IMG/VR virus record: IMGVR_UViG_3300037882_004081
Coordinates: 1 to 64,000 of that record
Length of the DNA: 64,000 bases
Source: a virus
Strand: one strand, 5' to 3'
Shown: piece after piece, positions 34,556 through 44,401 of the stretch
How positions within the stretch are numbered: the first letter of the stretch is position 1
Layout of the letters: the number at the start of each line of letters is the position of its first letter
Program-made: the position numbers and the translations under genes
Notes under the pieces: generated by a model
Database searches by the model: none
What the model was told of the DNA's origin: nothing
Seen by the model: the letters and a program-made list of their open reading frames with translations, nothing else

Positions 34556-36886
34556 ATGATACCTGCACTGTCACTTCACACCGCCACCGAGTCTCCACCC
34601 CCAACCCCCGTTAGCAACTGGTCCGGGTATCGATCCAGAGTGCCAATTCGAGTGGCCCATAAAGCATTCGCCATCATGGCGAACTCTCCCGAACTCCACA
34701 TCCACGAGGTTGCGAAGATCCTCGACGTGGACTCAGATGAGCTTGAGCGTGGCTTCATGGGTGCCAACATCCCGTACCGGAAGTTCGTCAAGGAAGAGCC
34801 CCCACTGGCCATCTTGGATGAAGGGTCTTCGGGCTCCTTCATTTACCAACACCCAGATTCACTGACCGAAAAGGACGTGATCGAGCTTTGTCTGCCGGTG
34901 TGCCGTCAGCAGGCCGCGTATTGGTTCCGCACCAACGCTGGGTTCTACGGGAAAATCCAAATCAACCAGGATGACATGACATCATACCTGCTTGACTATG
35001 TGGTGATGTCGCGACTGGTGCCGACGGTCCGCGCCAACCCAATCCACTATCTAGGCTTTCGCTGTCCTGATTGCGGAGCCCAAATCTCGCCGAAGGACAC
35101 GTTGTTCCCCAACCAGGACTGGGATGCGCTCAGGAAGGCCGGAAAAATTCGGTTGGACGAAGCTGTTGACCTTGATGCGATCGAGCCGGGTTCGGGGATT
35201 GTGCAATGCCTTTTCGAACGTCGCCAGAAGGGGGTCTCTGAGGCTTGGGGTGGATGCGGTCTCATCATGCCATTTTCAGAGTGGCCAACCGGCGATCGTG
35301 GGGCTTCTTTGGTGCGCAGCTGCAAGACTGCTTGTCACCGCGCCATGATGACCTACCACCGGTTTCACTACGATGGACCACGTGGCATCCCCCACCGCGA
35401 AGCCGGTTATCACGATCAGGCATTGGAGGAAGGGGACGTGGACTTCGCGTGTGTGTCACGGATCGTCACGCTTGACGCCCTTGGCGTTGACCCGCCTGAT
35501 GCGGAACTCCAGTATCAGGAGGTCTGCCCGAGTCTCCGTAAGATGGAGTTCAAAAACCTTATCGACAAGTGCCCGGACCCGGACGTACAAAGGTTCCTGG
35601 TAGTGGTGGGTGCGTCCGGTGCCAAGACGCCACTCCACATGCTTCGCCGCCGTATGAACATCGCCCAAGACGAATGGGACGACCTCATCAGCCGCACCCG
35701 CACTTATTACCAACACTCACACCAATTCACTAACAACGCTTCCATGGACTCCACTCAAATTCAACGCTTCCGCGAAATCGCCCTCCGTGCCCAATCAGAC
35801 GGCAGGATTGTTAGACCCGAAGAGAATAGCACGGTGTTGGACATCCCGGACGTCTCCCGCGAAGCCCTTATCCGCATGCTGAATTCGCTGCCAGATGACA
35901 AACTTGGCATCGCGGCTCAGTTGTTGGAAGATAAACTTGGTGCCAACGAGGTTGTTGGGCTCGTCGCCGCCCCAAGCCGAGACGGGATGTCGACCGACGC
36001 TCGCATTCGCCGCAAAATCTCCCGAGATATTGACATCGAGTATCATGCGGTTGGACTCACCCTTGGCATTGAGATCAACAGTCGGTTATCACCCTTCAAG
36101 ATCAGCCAGATCGTCCGTGAGAGTTATGGGGCGCTCAGTGACGAAGAAAAGGACGAGATTCCAGCACACGTTCGCGACATCATCCAGGCGATCATTGAAC
36201 AGCCGAGCCAACCGACCGACGTGGCAATCAAGCGCGATCGCCGCGTCACCACGAACATCCGAAACATCCAGCGACCGAAGGTTGCCACACCGAATCGGCC
36301 ACCAACCTTCAGCCCCACCAGACTCACCGCCCAATCAATCCGCCTGTTGAGGGTTGGTGCGTCAACCGCCGACGCATACGAGTTCGTCAAGGACAACCCC
36401 CGGTGGCTGGCGTTTCTGGAAGCCGACGGGGTCTCGGTGAAACTCCTGCAGAAGCGCAAGATGAAGGACGGAGTGGCGACGATGACAGGCGGGGTCCTGG
36501 AACTCACCAGCCCCAACTTCCACGGGTGGGACGACACCACCATCGCCGCCAAGGTATCCGACGCGTTCGGGCCGATCCCAACCGGACACCCACAGGAAGC
36601 CACGGAGACCACCTCCGAAGCATCCACCGTCGAGGACCCCATCGACGCACCGCCGACCCGCCGCAAAGGGCAGGAAGGTATCTCGGAGCTTCAACAGTCT
36701 ATCCTCAACTTGGTCAAGAATTCTGGCAAAGCCACTACGACTGATGTCGCCCGTGCGATTGGCCAGAAGACCGCCGCCACCCACAGCAGTCTTCAAGCGC
36801 TCCAGCGCAAGAACCGTCTCACCAGCTACAAGCCACCCGGCGATGCGCCAATCGAGTGGTCAGTGGTCGAGGAATCTGCTGAGTAG
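34556..36886 (+). CDS. Large putative transcription regulator: divergent sigma-like N-half with Zn ribbon, C-terminal winged helix
   Basis: N-terminal HTH (IHEVAKILDVD); region-2-like NQDDMTSYLL; CPDC...C...C; C-terminal LQQSILNLVK...TTTDVARAIG...SLQALQRKN. Confidence 0.45.
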   Translation: MIPALSLHTATESPPPTPVSNWSGYRSRVPIRVAHKAFAIMANSPELHIHEVAKILDVDSDELERGFMGANIPYRKFVKEEPPLAILDEGSSGSFIYQHPDSLTEKDVIELCLPVCRQQAAYWFRTNAGFYGKIQINQDDMTSYLLDYVVMSRLVPTVRANPIHYLGFRCPDCGAQISPKDTLFPNQDWDALRKAGKIRLDEAVDLDAIEPGSGIVQCLFERRQKGVSEAWGGCGLIMPFSEWPTGDRGASLVRSCKTACHRAMMTYHRFHYDGPRGIPHREAGYHDQALEEGDVDFACVSRIVTLDALGVDPPDAELQYQEVCPSLRKMEFKNLIDKCPDPDVQRFLVVVGASGAKTPLHMLRRRMNIAQDEWDDLISRTRTYYQHSHQFTNNASMDSTQIQRFREIALRAQSDGRIVRPEENSTVLDIPDVSREALIRMLNSLPDDKLGIAAQLLEDKLGANEVVGLVAAPSRDGMSTDARIRRKISRDIDIEYHAVGLTLGIEINSRLSPFKISQIVRESYGALSDEEKDEIPAHVRDIIQAIIEQPSQPTDVAIKRDRRVTTNIRNIQRPKVATPNRPPTFSPTRLTAQSIRLLRVGASTADAYEFVKDNPRWLAFLEADGVSVKLLQKRKMKDGVATMTGGVLELTSPNFHGWDDTTIAAKVSDAFGPIPTGHPQEATETTSEASTVEDPIDAPPTRRKGQEGISELQQSILNLVKNSGKATTTDVARAIGQKTAATHSSLQALQRKNRLTSYKPPGDAPIEWSVVEESAE

Positions 36887-36903
36887 GGTACTAGGTTTCA
36901 ACG

Positions 36904-37137
36904 ATGAGCGTCACCAAACAAATCCTCCGAGAACTGGCTGAACCAGCTGGTGACCTCGACCCCGGATACGCGGTGTATCCGAAAGCCAAGACACTGGTGG
37001 GTGCATTTGGGACTCCAGCCGGAACCGTGGTGGAACTGGTTGGCGCAAACGCCTACAATCCAGCGCTCATAATATGCAAATGGCCAAGTGGGCAGGTCAT
37101 GGAATTGGAAGCCCACGAATATGAACCCATCTCATGA
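36904..37137 (+). CDS. Small SH3-like hypothetical protein
   Basis: Preceded by TAGGTTT; N-terminus MSVTKQILRELAE. Confidence 0.7.
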   Translation: MSVTKQILRELAEPAGDLDPGYAVYPKAKTLVGAFGTPAGTVVELVGANAYNPALIICKWPSGQVMELEAHEYEPIS

Positions 37138-37391
37138 GTGTCGAACGCCAACTCAACGAAGTGCTTAGCAACAACCCCGCGCAACACGCAGTCACAGAAC
37201 TGGCGCGGTTGTTTCCTGGTGCCGAGGTTACCCCGGTCGATGAGTGGAAAGTGAGGATCTCCGGACCGACCGTGGGGCCGAAGTTGGCTGACGATAGCGA
37301 GTGGGCTCGTGATGTGGACTTCGACTATGCGGCGGTCGAAGACGTGCAGTGGAGTCCGGACGAGCGGGCCATATACGTGATTCTGTGTTAG
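37134..37391 (+). CDS. Small acidic hypothetical protein
   Basis: ATGA-coupled; N-terminus MSVERQLNE. Confidence 0.7.
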   Translation: MSVERQLNEVLSNNPAQHAVTELARLFPGAEVTPVDEWKVRISGPTVGPKLADDSEWARDVDFDYAAVEDVQWSPDERAIYVILC

Positions 37392-37399
37392 GTTTGTGA

Positions 37400-38350
37400 G
37401 TGATCTTCGATTGGCCAGAACCAGAATTCCCGGACGGAATCATTCCGGACACCAACCTGCTGCCGGGTACTCCGCAGACCCCGCTTGGCCAGCCTTGGCC
37501 ACCGTCTTGCCTGACCCCGCATGATGGGGTGTTCCTTCATTTGGCGCGGGAAGCTCTGCTCAAAGGTCCAAACTCCACGATCAAGGCCGGGTTCCTGCGC
37601 ATGTACGACGTGGGCATGCAGGGGTGGATTGAGTTTTGGAGCAGGAGCCCCGATATCACAGTGCCGGTGGTTCAAGCAGTACCGGGATCAGCGTTTTCCA
37701 CGTATGCCCAACTGATCAAGCGTCTGCAAGCTGCCGGTGGGAGCGGGTCATTGGAACCGTCACTCACTTGCACCCCTGCTCAGCCGTTGTCTTTCCCGCT
37801 CCCTCTCATTTCGTTTTCCAACCTTGGGTACGACCAGGGTCCAACGGGTCGCAATGACCCAATGCCAATTCGTCTCATCACGTATCTCAACCCAGGCCAA
37901 TCGAGGGCTTCGTGGACGAGGTTTCCGAACCCGATCGAGGTTCGCTATCAGATTGACATTTGGACAAGGCGTCGGGCTGACTTAGTGTGGCTAGTACATC
38001 GACTAGAAACCCAGTTCTCAGGCATGCGAGCTCACTGGTATGTGGTGGCTCCCCATGAGCAAAAGATCCTGATGCCTGTCAAAATGAGCGGTGGAGATGA
38101 CCAAAGCGCTCGTGAAAGGGCGGAGGACGAGGACGCCCTTCATCACTACGTGTTCAACGTCAAGGTCGAGGGTCGGGCGTTTCACGACGAGATGGTCGCA
38201 CCGGTTGTTTTGCACGCAATCGCCGAGTACCGGGTACCATACACTAGGGCGTCACTGGAGCCTAGCGACTTGGTCACGGAAATTGACGCCCCGGCGTTTC
38301 CCGACAACGTGGTTGCTGACACCCCAGACCCACCCCCGTCTGACCCCTAG
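37400..38350 (+). CDS. Tail terminator / sheath stabiliser, T4 gp15-like
   Basis: PLPLISF...PNPIEVRYQIDIWTR...FNVKVEG pattern. Confidence 0.7.
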   Translation: MIFDWPEPEFPDGIIPDTNLLPGTPQTPLGQPWPPSCLTPHDGVFLHLAREALLKGPNSTIKAGFLRMYDVGMQGWIEFWSRSPDITVPVVQAVPGSAFSTYAQLIKRLQAAGGSGSLEPSLTCTPAQPLSFPLPLISFSNLGYDQGPTGRNDPMPIRLITYLNPGQSRASWTRFPNPIEVRYQIDIWTRRRADLVWLVHRLETQFSGMRAHWYVVAPHEQKILMPVKMSGGDDQSARERAEDEDALHHYVFNVKVEGRAFHDEMVAPVVLHAIAEYRVPYTRASLEPSDLVTEIDAPAFPDNVVADTPDPPPSDP

Positions 38351-38393
38351 TTGAGTTAGTCCGAAACCCGAACTTTCGGGGTCAGCGGCTAGT

Positions 38394-39386
38394 ATGGCAA
38401 AGAAGCTTTTCTGCCCCTTTATGGCTACGGCAGCGGACTCACGACGCATCATCTTCGAAAACGACTTGGTAGAGAGCTACGCGCTCATGTACCGTAGGAA
38501 TCGAACGTTTGCTCTTTACCATCGGATCTGCATGGAGATGCAGAACCTGATGGATACGATTATCAGGACCAACAAGTTCCACCTCGCCGCCCCGTTCGCA
38601 GACATCCGGAACCACCTTTATCTGCAGGTTGAACGGTGGATCGACCACTGGCGACCCGGTCAGGGCAAATGCTACAGCTACTTCAGTTCTTGCTGTAAGC
38701 ACGGGTGCACAAGTTACATCCAGAAGGAAAACGCGCTTCGCGCCCGTCTGGCCTTCACGGACCTTCCCGCCGAAACGTTCGATGCCGGGAGCTACGACAC
38801 CAACTTCGACACCGACCTTGGTGACAAAATACGCGAAGACGTGATGACGATTGCGACCCGGTGGCATGAACCAGCGATTGTGGAGGTGCTGCAATTCCTT
38901 GTGGAAGTGGTGATGCAGGGGCGGGCGGTCACGCGGAGACGGCAGGCACTCGCCACCGTCACCAAGAGCTTCGGAATCGCAGACTCAGAAGCCGCATTCC
39001 TGCTCGACTGGGCACAAGCACAAGTCCGCTCCAAATTGCTCGACCACTATGACATCCCGATCGGTGACGAGGAAGCTTGGCGGTGCAGTGAGAAGTACAG
39101 CCACATCCCGGACCTCATGAAGCTGATCGGCGTGGATGCCACCAAGCGCTTGATGGCAGTATACGGGGGCAAAGCGCTCAAGTTGCCTAGCCCGAGCCAA
39201 ATCAGACGGGTGTCTCTGCTCAAGGACGGGTATCAACGCTACTGGAGTTCCCCCGATCCGGAAGTTGCCGACGGGTTATCCAGGTCCTTGCGGGTGGCAA
39301 GGCAACGCCTCGAAACCGACCTCCACGACATGGCGCGTGGGGTCAACAGCGGCATCACGTTCGACAAGCCGCTATTCAACGACTAG
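38394..39386 (+). CDS. Late sigma factor-like protein (T4 gp55-like) fused to a Mor-like domain
   Basis: IDHWRPGQGKCYSYFSSCCKH resembles gp55-type region 2 (F.P.K...FAYFT); C-terminal LIGVDATKRLMAVYGGKALKLPS is Mor/C-like. Confidence 0.65.
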   Translation: MAKKLFCPFMATAADSRRIIFENDLVESYALMYRRNRTFALYHRICMEMQNLMDTIIRTNKFHLAAPFADIRNHLYLQVERWIDHWRPGQGKCYSYFSSCCKHGCTSYIQKENALRARLAFTDLPAETFDAGSYDTNFDTDLGDKIREDVMTIATRWHEPAIVEVLQFLVEVVMQGRAVTRRRQALATVTKSFGIADSEAAFLLDWAQAQVRSKLLDHYDIPIGDEEAWRCSEKYSHIPDLMKLIGVDATKRLMAVYGGKALKLPSPSQIRRVSLLKDGYQRYWSSPDPEVADGLSRSLRVARQRLETDLHDMARGVNSGITFDKPLFND

Positions 39387-40115
39387 CTTGCTATTGATCA
39401 GGTCGGCCAGTCTCCCCGTCCTCAGGGATTCACTGAACCGATGGTGATAGTGATATTCGGCGGTCGTCTGGTATCCATGTTTGGCCAGCACTTGCTGTGC
39501 GATACCCCGGAACTCCAGCGCAACCTCTTTCTCCTTGGCTGTCAGTTTGTATGGGCTGACGTGCGCCTTGACGAGGATGCTTTCGATGTCGTCCTGCGAC
39601 ATTGACGGATCAATACTGCTGGTCAAAGAACCGGTGTTCTTGAAAATCTCGGGCTGGCGTGAGTCGATAGCCTCCACGTACACTGGTGTTCCTTCCAGTC
39701 CGAACGTCTTGATGACCGTGTAGGCCAGATTCTCCGCGTCAACCTTGTTGCTGCGGCACCAGAACGAGATGGCGCTGAACTTCCCTAGGGCAGCGTTGTT
39801 GACGCCCTTCCATAGCCTCCCGCTTCTCGTCAGAATCCGGTTCTCGCCCATCTGCCCACCGAGTTTGGTGGCAACTGCCATGAAGGTGGGGAGGTCGAGT
39901 TTACCCTTGATGCCCACGTCGTATCCGGCCAGTGTTTTCTTGACCTCCGCTTCCGTTTTGGCGGATAGGGAGGCTTTCATGCCGTTGATGATAAACAGGT
40001 GGGTGCGGGAAGAGTACAGGACGGCACTCCCGATCACGGAAAACGTGATGGCGCTTGCGTGGTCGTGCGGCAGCACCAACTCTTTGAGTCTGAAATTGTC
40101 GGGATTGGATTTCAT
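39372..40115 (-). CDS. Hypothetical protein, candidate capsid-internal protein
   Basis: Start MKSNPD; C-terminal FSES-LRTGRLADLINSKLVVE tail. Confidence 0.7.
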   Translation of the reverse strand: MKSNPDNFRLKELVLPHDHASAITFSVIGSAVLYSSRTHLFIINGMKASLSAKTEAEVKKTLAGYDVGIKGKLDLPTFMAVATKLGGQMGENRILTRSGRLWKGVNNAALGKFSAISFWCRSNKVDAENLAYTVIKTFGLEGTPVYVEAIDSRQPEIFKNTGSLTSSIDPSMSQDDIESILVKAHVSPYKLTAKEKEVALEFRGIAQQVLAKHGYQTTAEYHYHHRFSESLRTGRLADLINSKLVVE

Positions 40116-40140
40116 GCTTGATGATAGGTAAGTCGATGGG

Positions 40141-41355
40141 TTAGACCGCAACCACCTTCGTGATGCGGCGAATGTCGGTCTGGGCGACCTCTTGGTAATA
40201 GCGGTGTTTCGTGATGGTACCGGTGAACTCGTAGGTGCCACCCACTTCGGCGTCCATCTTGCCACCCACCATCACGTTCCCAGCCTCGTCCACCATCAGA
40301 TAGTTGTAGGAGGTTCCGCCGTTGAAGTCGTTAGGGAATTCGAGGATGCGGGTCACCTTGGCGCGGAACTTGCGACGCTCACCGATGGTTCCGACGTGCT
40401 GGGAAGTGGCGACCAGCTTGTCGTGATTGGCTTCCCGTTCGGCCTTGTTGATGGCGATTTTGCGCGAAATCGGCATTGCGATGGCGAGCCCAAGCAGGCT
40501 GCTTGGTGCGAAGCCAGCGGTCGCGATCACGTGCAGGTTGCGGGAGAAGTCGTCATCACCGGCATTGGCGCGGAAGTGCTCAATCACCACTTCAGCTTCG
40601 GCACGGTCTTCGTCGTCGATCGAGTCCATGAAGTCCTTGTCTTTGGCGACCCCGGTGACGCGATCGCGGATGAACTTGGACGAGCTTTCCACGCCATTTT
40701 CTTCGGCGCGATTCTTGCCAATCCACGCGAAATCCCTCATGTAACGGACGGCGGCAGCGACGACGGTAACGAGTTCGTAGGAAACGTCACCACCGCGCAC
40801 CCCGTATCCGCGCTCCGTTTCCGGGTAGGCTTCCAAGGTGCGGTACAGCGTGTTGAGGAATTCGAACTTGCTGGCCAGATTGTTGGCGGAGTTGGAGCCC
40901 ACGAAATCCTGCAGGCAGGACTTCCCAATCTGACGGAACCCGCCGTCTTGGTGGCGCACGATGTAGGTGTGCTTGCGATCCCGGTTGGTGCGGCAGTGAT
41001 CACAGGAGGTGGGGTCCTTGTGGCGGATGCTCTCCGGGAACTCCACGCCCGGAACTCCCAAGATCACGTTGCCGGTGTCGCTGCCCCCGGCGTGGACGAC
41101 GCCAGCAAACGACCACCCGGAGTAGGCGACGGTGCCGGTGTCAAACACGTTGATCGTGGTGACCTTCACGATGGTCTTGCCGTCGAGTTCCGTGTTGCCC
41201 ACGTAGTCCACCGTGTAGACTTCGACCTCTTCCATCTGGCTCGACACCACGTCGAACTGAGGAACTGGGAGTCCGAGCGCCGCCGCCCGACGCTGCAGGC
41301 CGCGAAACACCTTCGTGAAGGTCTCGACGTCGCGAATCTTGAGGGTCGTGTTCAT
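40141..41355 (-). CDS. Conserved phage early protein with Zn motif and C-terminal OB-fold-like domain, leaderless
   Basis: CDHCRTNRDRK...QIGKSCLQDF; SQHVGTIGERR...GTITKH; extreme codon bias. Confidence 0.8.
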   Translation of the reverse strand: MNTTLKIRDVETFTKVFRGLQRRAAALGLPVPQFDVVSSQMEEVEVYTVDYVGNTELDGKTIVKVTTINVFDTGTVAYSGWSFAGVVHAGGSDTGNVILGVPGVEFPESIRHKDPTSCDHCRTNRDRKHTYIVRHQDGGFRQIGKSCLQDFVGSNSANNLASKFEFLNTLYRTLEAYPETERGYGVRGGDVSYELVTVVAAAVRYMRDFAWIGKNRAEENGVESSSKFIRDRVTGVAKDKDFMDSIDDEDRAEAEVVIEHFRANAGDDDFSRNLHVIATAGFAPSSLLGLAIAMPISRKIAINKAEREANHDKLVATSQHVGTIGERRKFRAKVTRILEFPNDFNGGTSYNYLMVDEAGNVMVGGKMDAEVGGTYEFTGTITKHRYYQEVAQTDIRRITKVVAV

Positions 41356-41360
41356 CAGGA

Positions 41361-41389
41361 ACTATAACACACCCGGTGACTTTTGTCAA
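41361..41389 (-). promoter_or_regulatory. Sigma70-type early promoter
   Basis: TTGACA-17 nt (TGTGT)-TATAGT; ATG 5 nt downstream. Confidence 0.92.
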
Positions 41390-41622
41390 GTAGGAATCTG
41401 TGCCGGAATCACTGTGGGCTGGGTATCACTTTTCGCGTAGAATTCCTCAAGGGCAGTAGTGACCGCTTCCGCGTGTTCCGGCGACATGCACTCCGCCCAG
41501 TGTTCAAGATCGACCGAGTAGACCTCATAGGCGGGTCCATTAGGTCCACCATAGGTGCGCCAGCGAAACCTTTCGTGGTGACCGCGTGGGAACGGGTTGG
41601 GCGCTGGTGGTATGCTGCTCAC
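41386..41622 (-). CDS. Hypothetical protein
   Basis: GTGA-coupled. Confidence 0.55.
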   Translation of the reverse strand: MSSIPPAPNPFPRGHHERFRWRTYGGPNGPAYEVYSVDLEHWAECMSPEHAEAVTTALEEFYAKSDTQPTVIPAQIPT

Positions 41623-42245
41623 TGCGTTTTGTAAGGTTCAAAATACACCGTAATCCCACTGACTTTGTAGCCGTAAACCGTGTTTTCGGAAGAGTCCACG
41701 TTGCCATCCCCCATGACCTTGTATTTCAGCATGGCTGGTCGGTCTTTGACGGACTCCCATAGTGGGACGTTCAGTGCGTGGAAGTCACCGACCAAAAAGA
41801 ACTCGTTACCCTCTATCCTCTCGGTGCGGATGTTCCGCATTTCCCCGACCGTGTGAGTCGGTGAAAGGACACCAGCTGGACTACCTTCCAAGTTCACCAG
41901 ACACGGGCTCGGGAAGGACTCAAACGAGTTCTCGTGGTAGATAAGGCCACTGTTCGGAGACGGATGGCCAAGCTGGATCAACTCCACTGTACGAAGTGAT
42001 AGTTGCTCCGATTCCGGGCGCGGATCGGTCCATATCCACCCAAAGCTCTCGGACCGCCGCAGTTTCAGGTCCCCGATTGGGGTTGTGCAGACCACCCCAG
42101 TTGGGTCAAAGCCACACCGCTCAATGAGGTCTCCGAGCATCTTCGGAACCGACTCCACGTTGATTTCCTGAACCTGCCGATCGCGTTCATCGAACGCACA
42201 AATGTTACCGTTTGGGAACAGGATGAGTGACTTGAGTTGTTTCAT
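41619..42245 (-). CDS. Hypothetical two-domain protein
   Basis: Clean ORF; C-half faintly resembles the prohead-protease fold. Confidence 0.6.
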   Translation of the reverse strand: MKQLKSLILFPNGNICAFDERDRQVQEINVESVPKMLGDLIERCGFDPTGVVCTTPIGDLKLRRSESFGWIWTDPRPESEQLSLRTVELIQLGHPSPNSGLIYHENSFESFPSPCLVNLEGSPAGVLSPTHTVGEMRNIRTERIEGNEFFLVGDFHALNVPLWESVKDRPAMLKYKVMGDGNVDSSENTVYGYKVSGITVYFEPYKTQ

Positions 42246-42423
42246 TTCGTTTGAGTGGCTTTCCCATGTACTGCCTCCAAGCTCTGGTGCGTTGACAAGT
42301 GTGGCAGGTCACGTCTCGACCGTCGTAGGCGGCGTGCTCCGACCCGACCAGACCGCAACCTGTCACGTTGCGGTTCGAAGGTCGGAAGTGGACGGGACGC
42401 CCGATCCGTGGCACGTAGGCCAT
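42205..42423 (-). CDS. Small Zn-finger protein
   Basis: VH...CG...VTCHTC; TAATG coupling. Confidence 0.55.
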   Translation of the reverse strand: MAYVPRIGRPVHFRPSNRNVTGCGLVGSEHAAYDGRDVTCHTCQRTRAWRQYMGKPLKRNETTQVTHPVPKR

Positions 42424-43103
42424 TACAGCTTGCCCTCTTTGACTTGGGTGCCGGTTGGCACCAGTTCTTCCAGCGCGTCGAATTGCTCCTTGCTGAGCGC
42501 CTTGGACTCCAGCATGCTCAGCTTTTTGCTGTTGTAGCCTTCGGTCGGGAACACTTGCATCTTGAGCGCAATCACGTCGTCGGGGTTGAGACCAAGCTTG
42601 GTCAGCATTTCCTTCATGCCCTCGTAAACGGCGGTCTGCTTGTCTTCGGGGATTTTGGCGCTGGTGATCGAGAGCGAGAAGCGCTCTTCGAAAAGAGCTT
42701 CCGCGTTGTCCTCGCCGATCCGGGCGACGAGTTCGGTGGCAACCGCATCGGAATCGTCGGTGCCAGCGGTCTTGACGGCGAAACGGGTGGTGTCGGGGAA
42801 CGACACCATCACGACGCCACCTTCAGGACCGAGGATTTTGACCGAGGAAACCGCCGCACCGTTGTGGGTCGGGTTTTCGAGGTAGTTGGCGCGGGCAAAC
42901 CCGGAGATGACCGACTTGGCACCCTTGAGGGAGGTCTCCATTTCCTTGAACTTCTTGTTGTCAACGGCGAACGAATCGACGTATTCAGCGAGTTCAACGA
43001 GTTCCGGATTCGCCTTGGTGTCCAGCGAAATGACGCGGTGGGCTTCCTTGAGAGCCTTGGTGACGGTCGGCTTGGCGGCGGCGAGTTTGGAGCGAAGGGC
43101 CAT
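42423..43103 (-). CDS. Highly expressed early hypothetical protein
   Basis: Extreme codon bias; C/A-rich leader without Shine-Dalgarno; downstream of a consensus promoter. Confidence 0.8.
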   Translation of the reverse strand: MALRSKLAAAKPTVTKALKEAHRVISLDTKANPELVELAEYVDSFAVDNKKFKEMETSLKGAKSVISGFARANYLENPTHNGAAVSSVKILGPEGGVVMVSFPDTTRFAVKTAGTDDSDAVATELVARIGEDNAEALFEERFSLSITSAKIPEDKQTAVYEGMKEMLTKLGLNPDDVIALKMQVFPTEGYNSKKLSMLESKALSKEQFDALEELVPTGTQVKEGKL

Positions 43104-43153
43104 GGTGTGAGTTGGGTTGGGTTGGTTGGTGAAAGCGTAATTGCTACATCGGA

Positions 43154-43182
43154 ATTATACCACACCTTTGTACGTTTGTCAA
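43154..43182 (-). promoter_or_regulatory. Sigma70-type early promoter
   Basis: TTGACA-17 nt (TGTGG)-TATAAT. Confidence 0.92.
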
Positions 43183-43187
43183 GTCCC

Positions 43188-43586
43188 CTACTTAGAAAGC
43201 CCTTCCAGCATCTCCTTGATGGATGGTGGTACCCCCGCTTCCCGCTCCGCCTTCTTCCGACACTTGCGCTGTTTTGCCGTCCACTTGTTCAGGTGCGTGA
43301 TGACGCGGGCCAGCTGCACCGCGTCCACGTCCACTTTTTCAGCCTCTGCGATCGGGTCCAGGCGTTCCCGGATGCACCGGACCGCCGTCACCCCCACACG
43401 GAGATGACGGGCGAAGTCGTCGCACGAAGGAATCGTCACGGTCGTCCCACCGATGTGGGCGATGAGACGCAGGACCTCATCAGGTCCCAGCATCCACGTG
43501 AGCAACTCCAGTCCCGGATGGGACTCGTAAAACAGAGCCAGCGAAAGCTCGTTGCCAAGCCCTTCGAGTGGATCTGGAAGTTTCAC
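43188..43586 (-). CDS. Mor/C-like transcription regulator
   Basis: MLGPDEVLRLIAHIGGTTVTIPS followed by an HTH-like segment. Confidence 0.6.
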   Translation of the reverse strand: MKLPDPLEGLGNELSLALFYESHPGLELLTWMLGPDEVLRLIAHIGGTTVTIPSCDDFARHLRVGVTAVRCIRERLDPIAEAEKVDVDAVQLARVITHLNKWTAKQRKCRKKAEREAGVPPSIKEMLEGLSK

Positions 43587-44147
43587 CTACTCGCCAATGA
43601 TAGGAAGCGTACCGTCCGCGACACCCTTGGCGAGGCGTGCCAGTTCGGATTCCCGTGGAGCACCCGTCACCGGGTCGCGCACCACCTCGCCGAGCTTGTC
43701 TTGGTCCTCGTAGGTCTGCTTGGTCCACCACTCGCGGTACTTGCGGAAATCGGCGAGTTGCTCTGAGGTCCAATCTGGGTTTTCGGGGTGGTTGAGATTC
43801 GGCAGCACCATGATAACGCTGTGCGGGTTCTCTTCGACCTTCCAGCCCATTTGGCCATTGAGACCATTGGGGACGCGCCACATCGTGGTGGTGTGGAGCA
43901 GCACGATGTCGCCGACTTTGACGCGTTTGACATCGGGTCCGATTTGGACGACTTCACAGATTTCGTACTTCTTTTCGAGAGCGTCCTTTTTGCCTTGCGG
44001 CAGCACGATTCCGGATTCCGTTTGACCCGCGCAATACTGCATGGTGTCAACCGCGAAAATGGCGGCTCCGATGGGGCTCGCGAGCGACATCGGGACATAG
44101 AGGATACAATTCGACAGGGTGGTTGGTGCGGCAGATGATGACGACAT
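43587..44147 (-). CDS. GroES-like co-chaperonin (T4 gp31 analogue) with extensions
   Basis: TESGIVLP mobile loop; EVVQIGPDVKRVKVGDIVL. Confidence 0.8.
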   Translation of the reverse strand: MSSSSAAPTTLSNCILYVPMSLASPIGAAIFAVDTMQYCAGQTESGIVLPQGKKDALEKKYEICEVVQIGPDVKRVKVGDIVLLHTTTMWRVPNGLNGQMGWKVEENPHSVIMVLPNLNHPENPDWTSEQLADFRKYREWWTKQTYEDQDKLGEVVRDPVTGAPRESELARLAKGVADGTLPIIGE

Positions 44148-44401
44148 ACACGGCGCAGAAAACCCTATGTTTCGAGATGACTTCTTCTAGCGATCTGCCC
44201 GGTACCCTCCACAGTGTTGACATTGAAGACAACAAGATCGTGGGAGGCGTCGTGGAGGTGGAGGATCACGGTTGCCGGATCTGCCTAACGAGTGAGCGGA
44301 TCAGCGAGGACGTGCGGGAGATCGGGACGCACGGGTTGCTCCAGTGGAACAACGGGTGGTACTTCAACGCTAAGCCCTCCCCCAGGCAATTTTCGTGTTG
44401 A
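44135..44401 (+). CDS. Hypothetical protein
   Basis: Only ORF filling the gap between two minus-strand genes. Confidence 0.4.
   Translation: MMTTYTAQKTLCFEMTSSSDLPGTLHSVDIEDNKIVGGVVEVEDHGCRICLTSERISEDVREIGTHGLLQWNNGWYFNAKPSPRQFSC

Noticed and set aside
41619-42000. Prohead protease call for 41619-42245
   Set aside because: Only faint similarity (PNSGLIY, SPTH); catalytic His/Ser motifs are not recognisable.
40192-43766. Long plus-strand ORFs (40192-41367, 42255-43766; also 51325-52326, 58772-60199, 16596-17645)
   Set aside because: Antisense shadows of strongly codon-biased minus-strand genes; they have no motifs or start signals.
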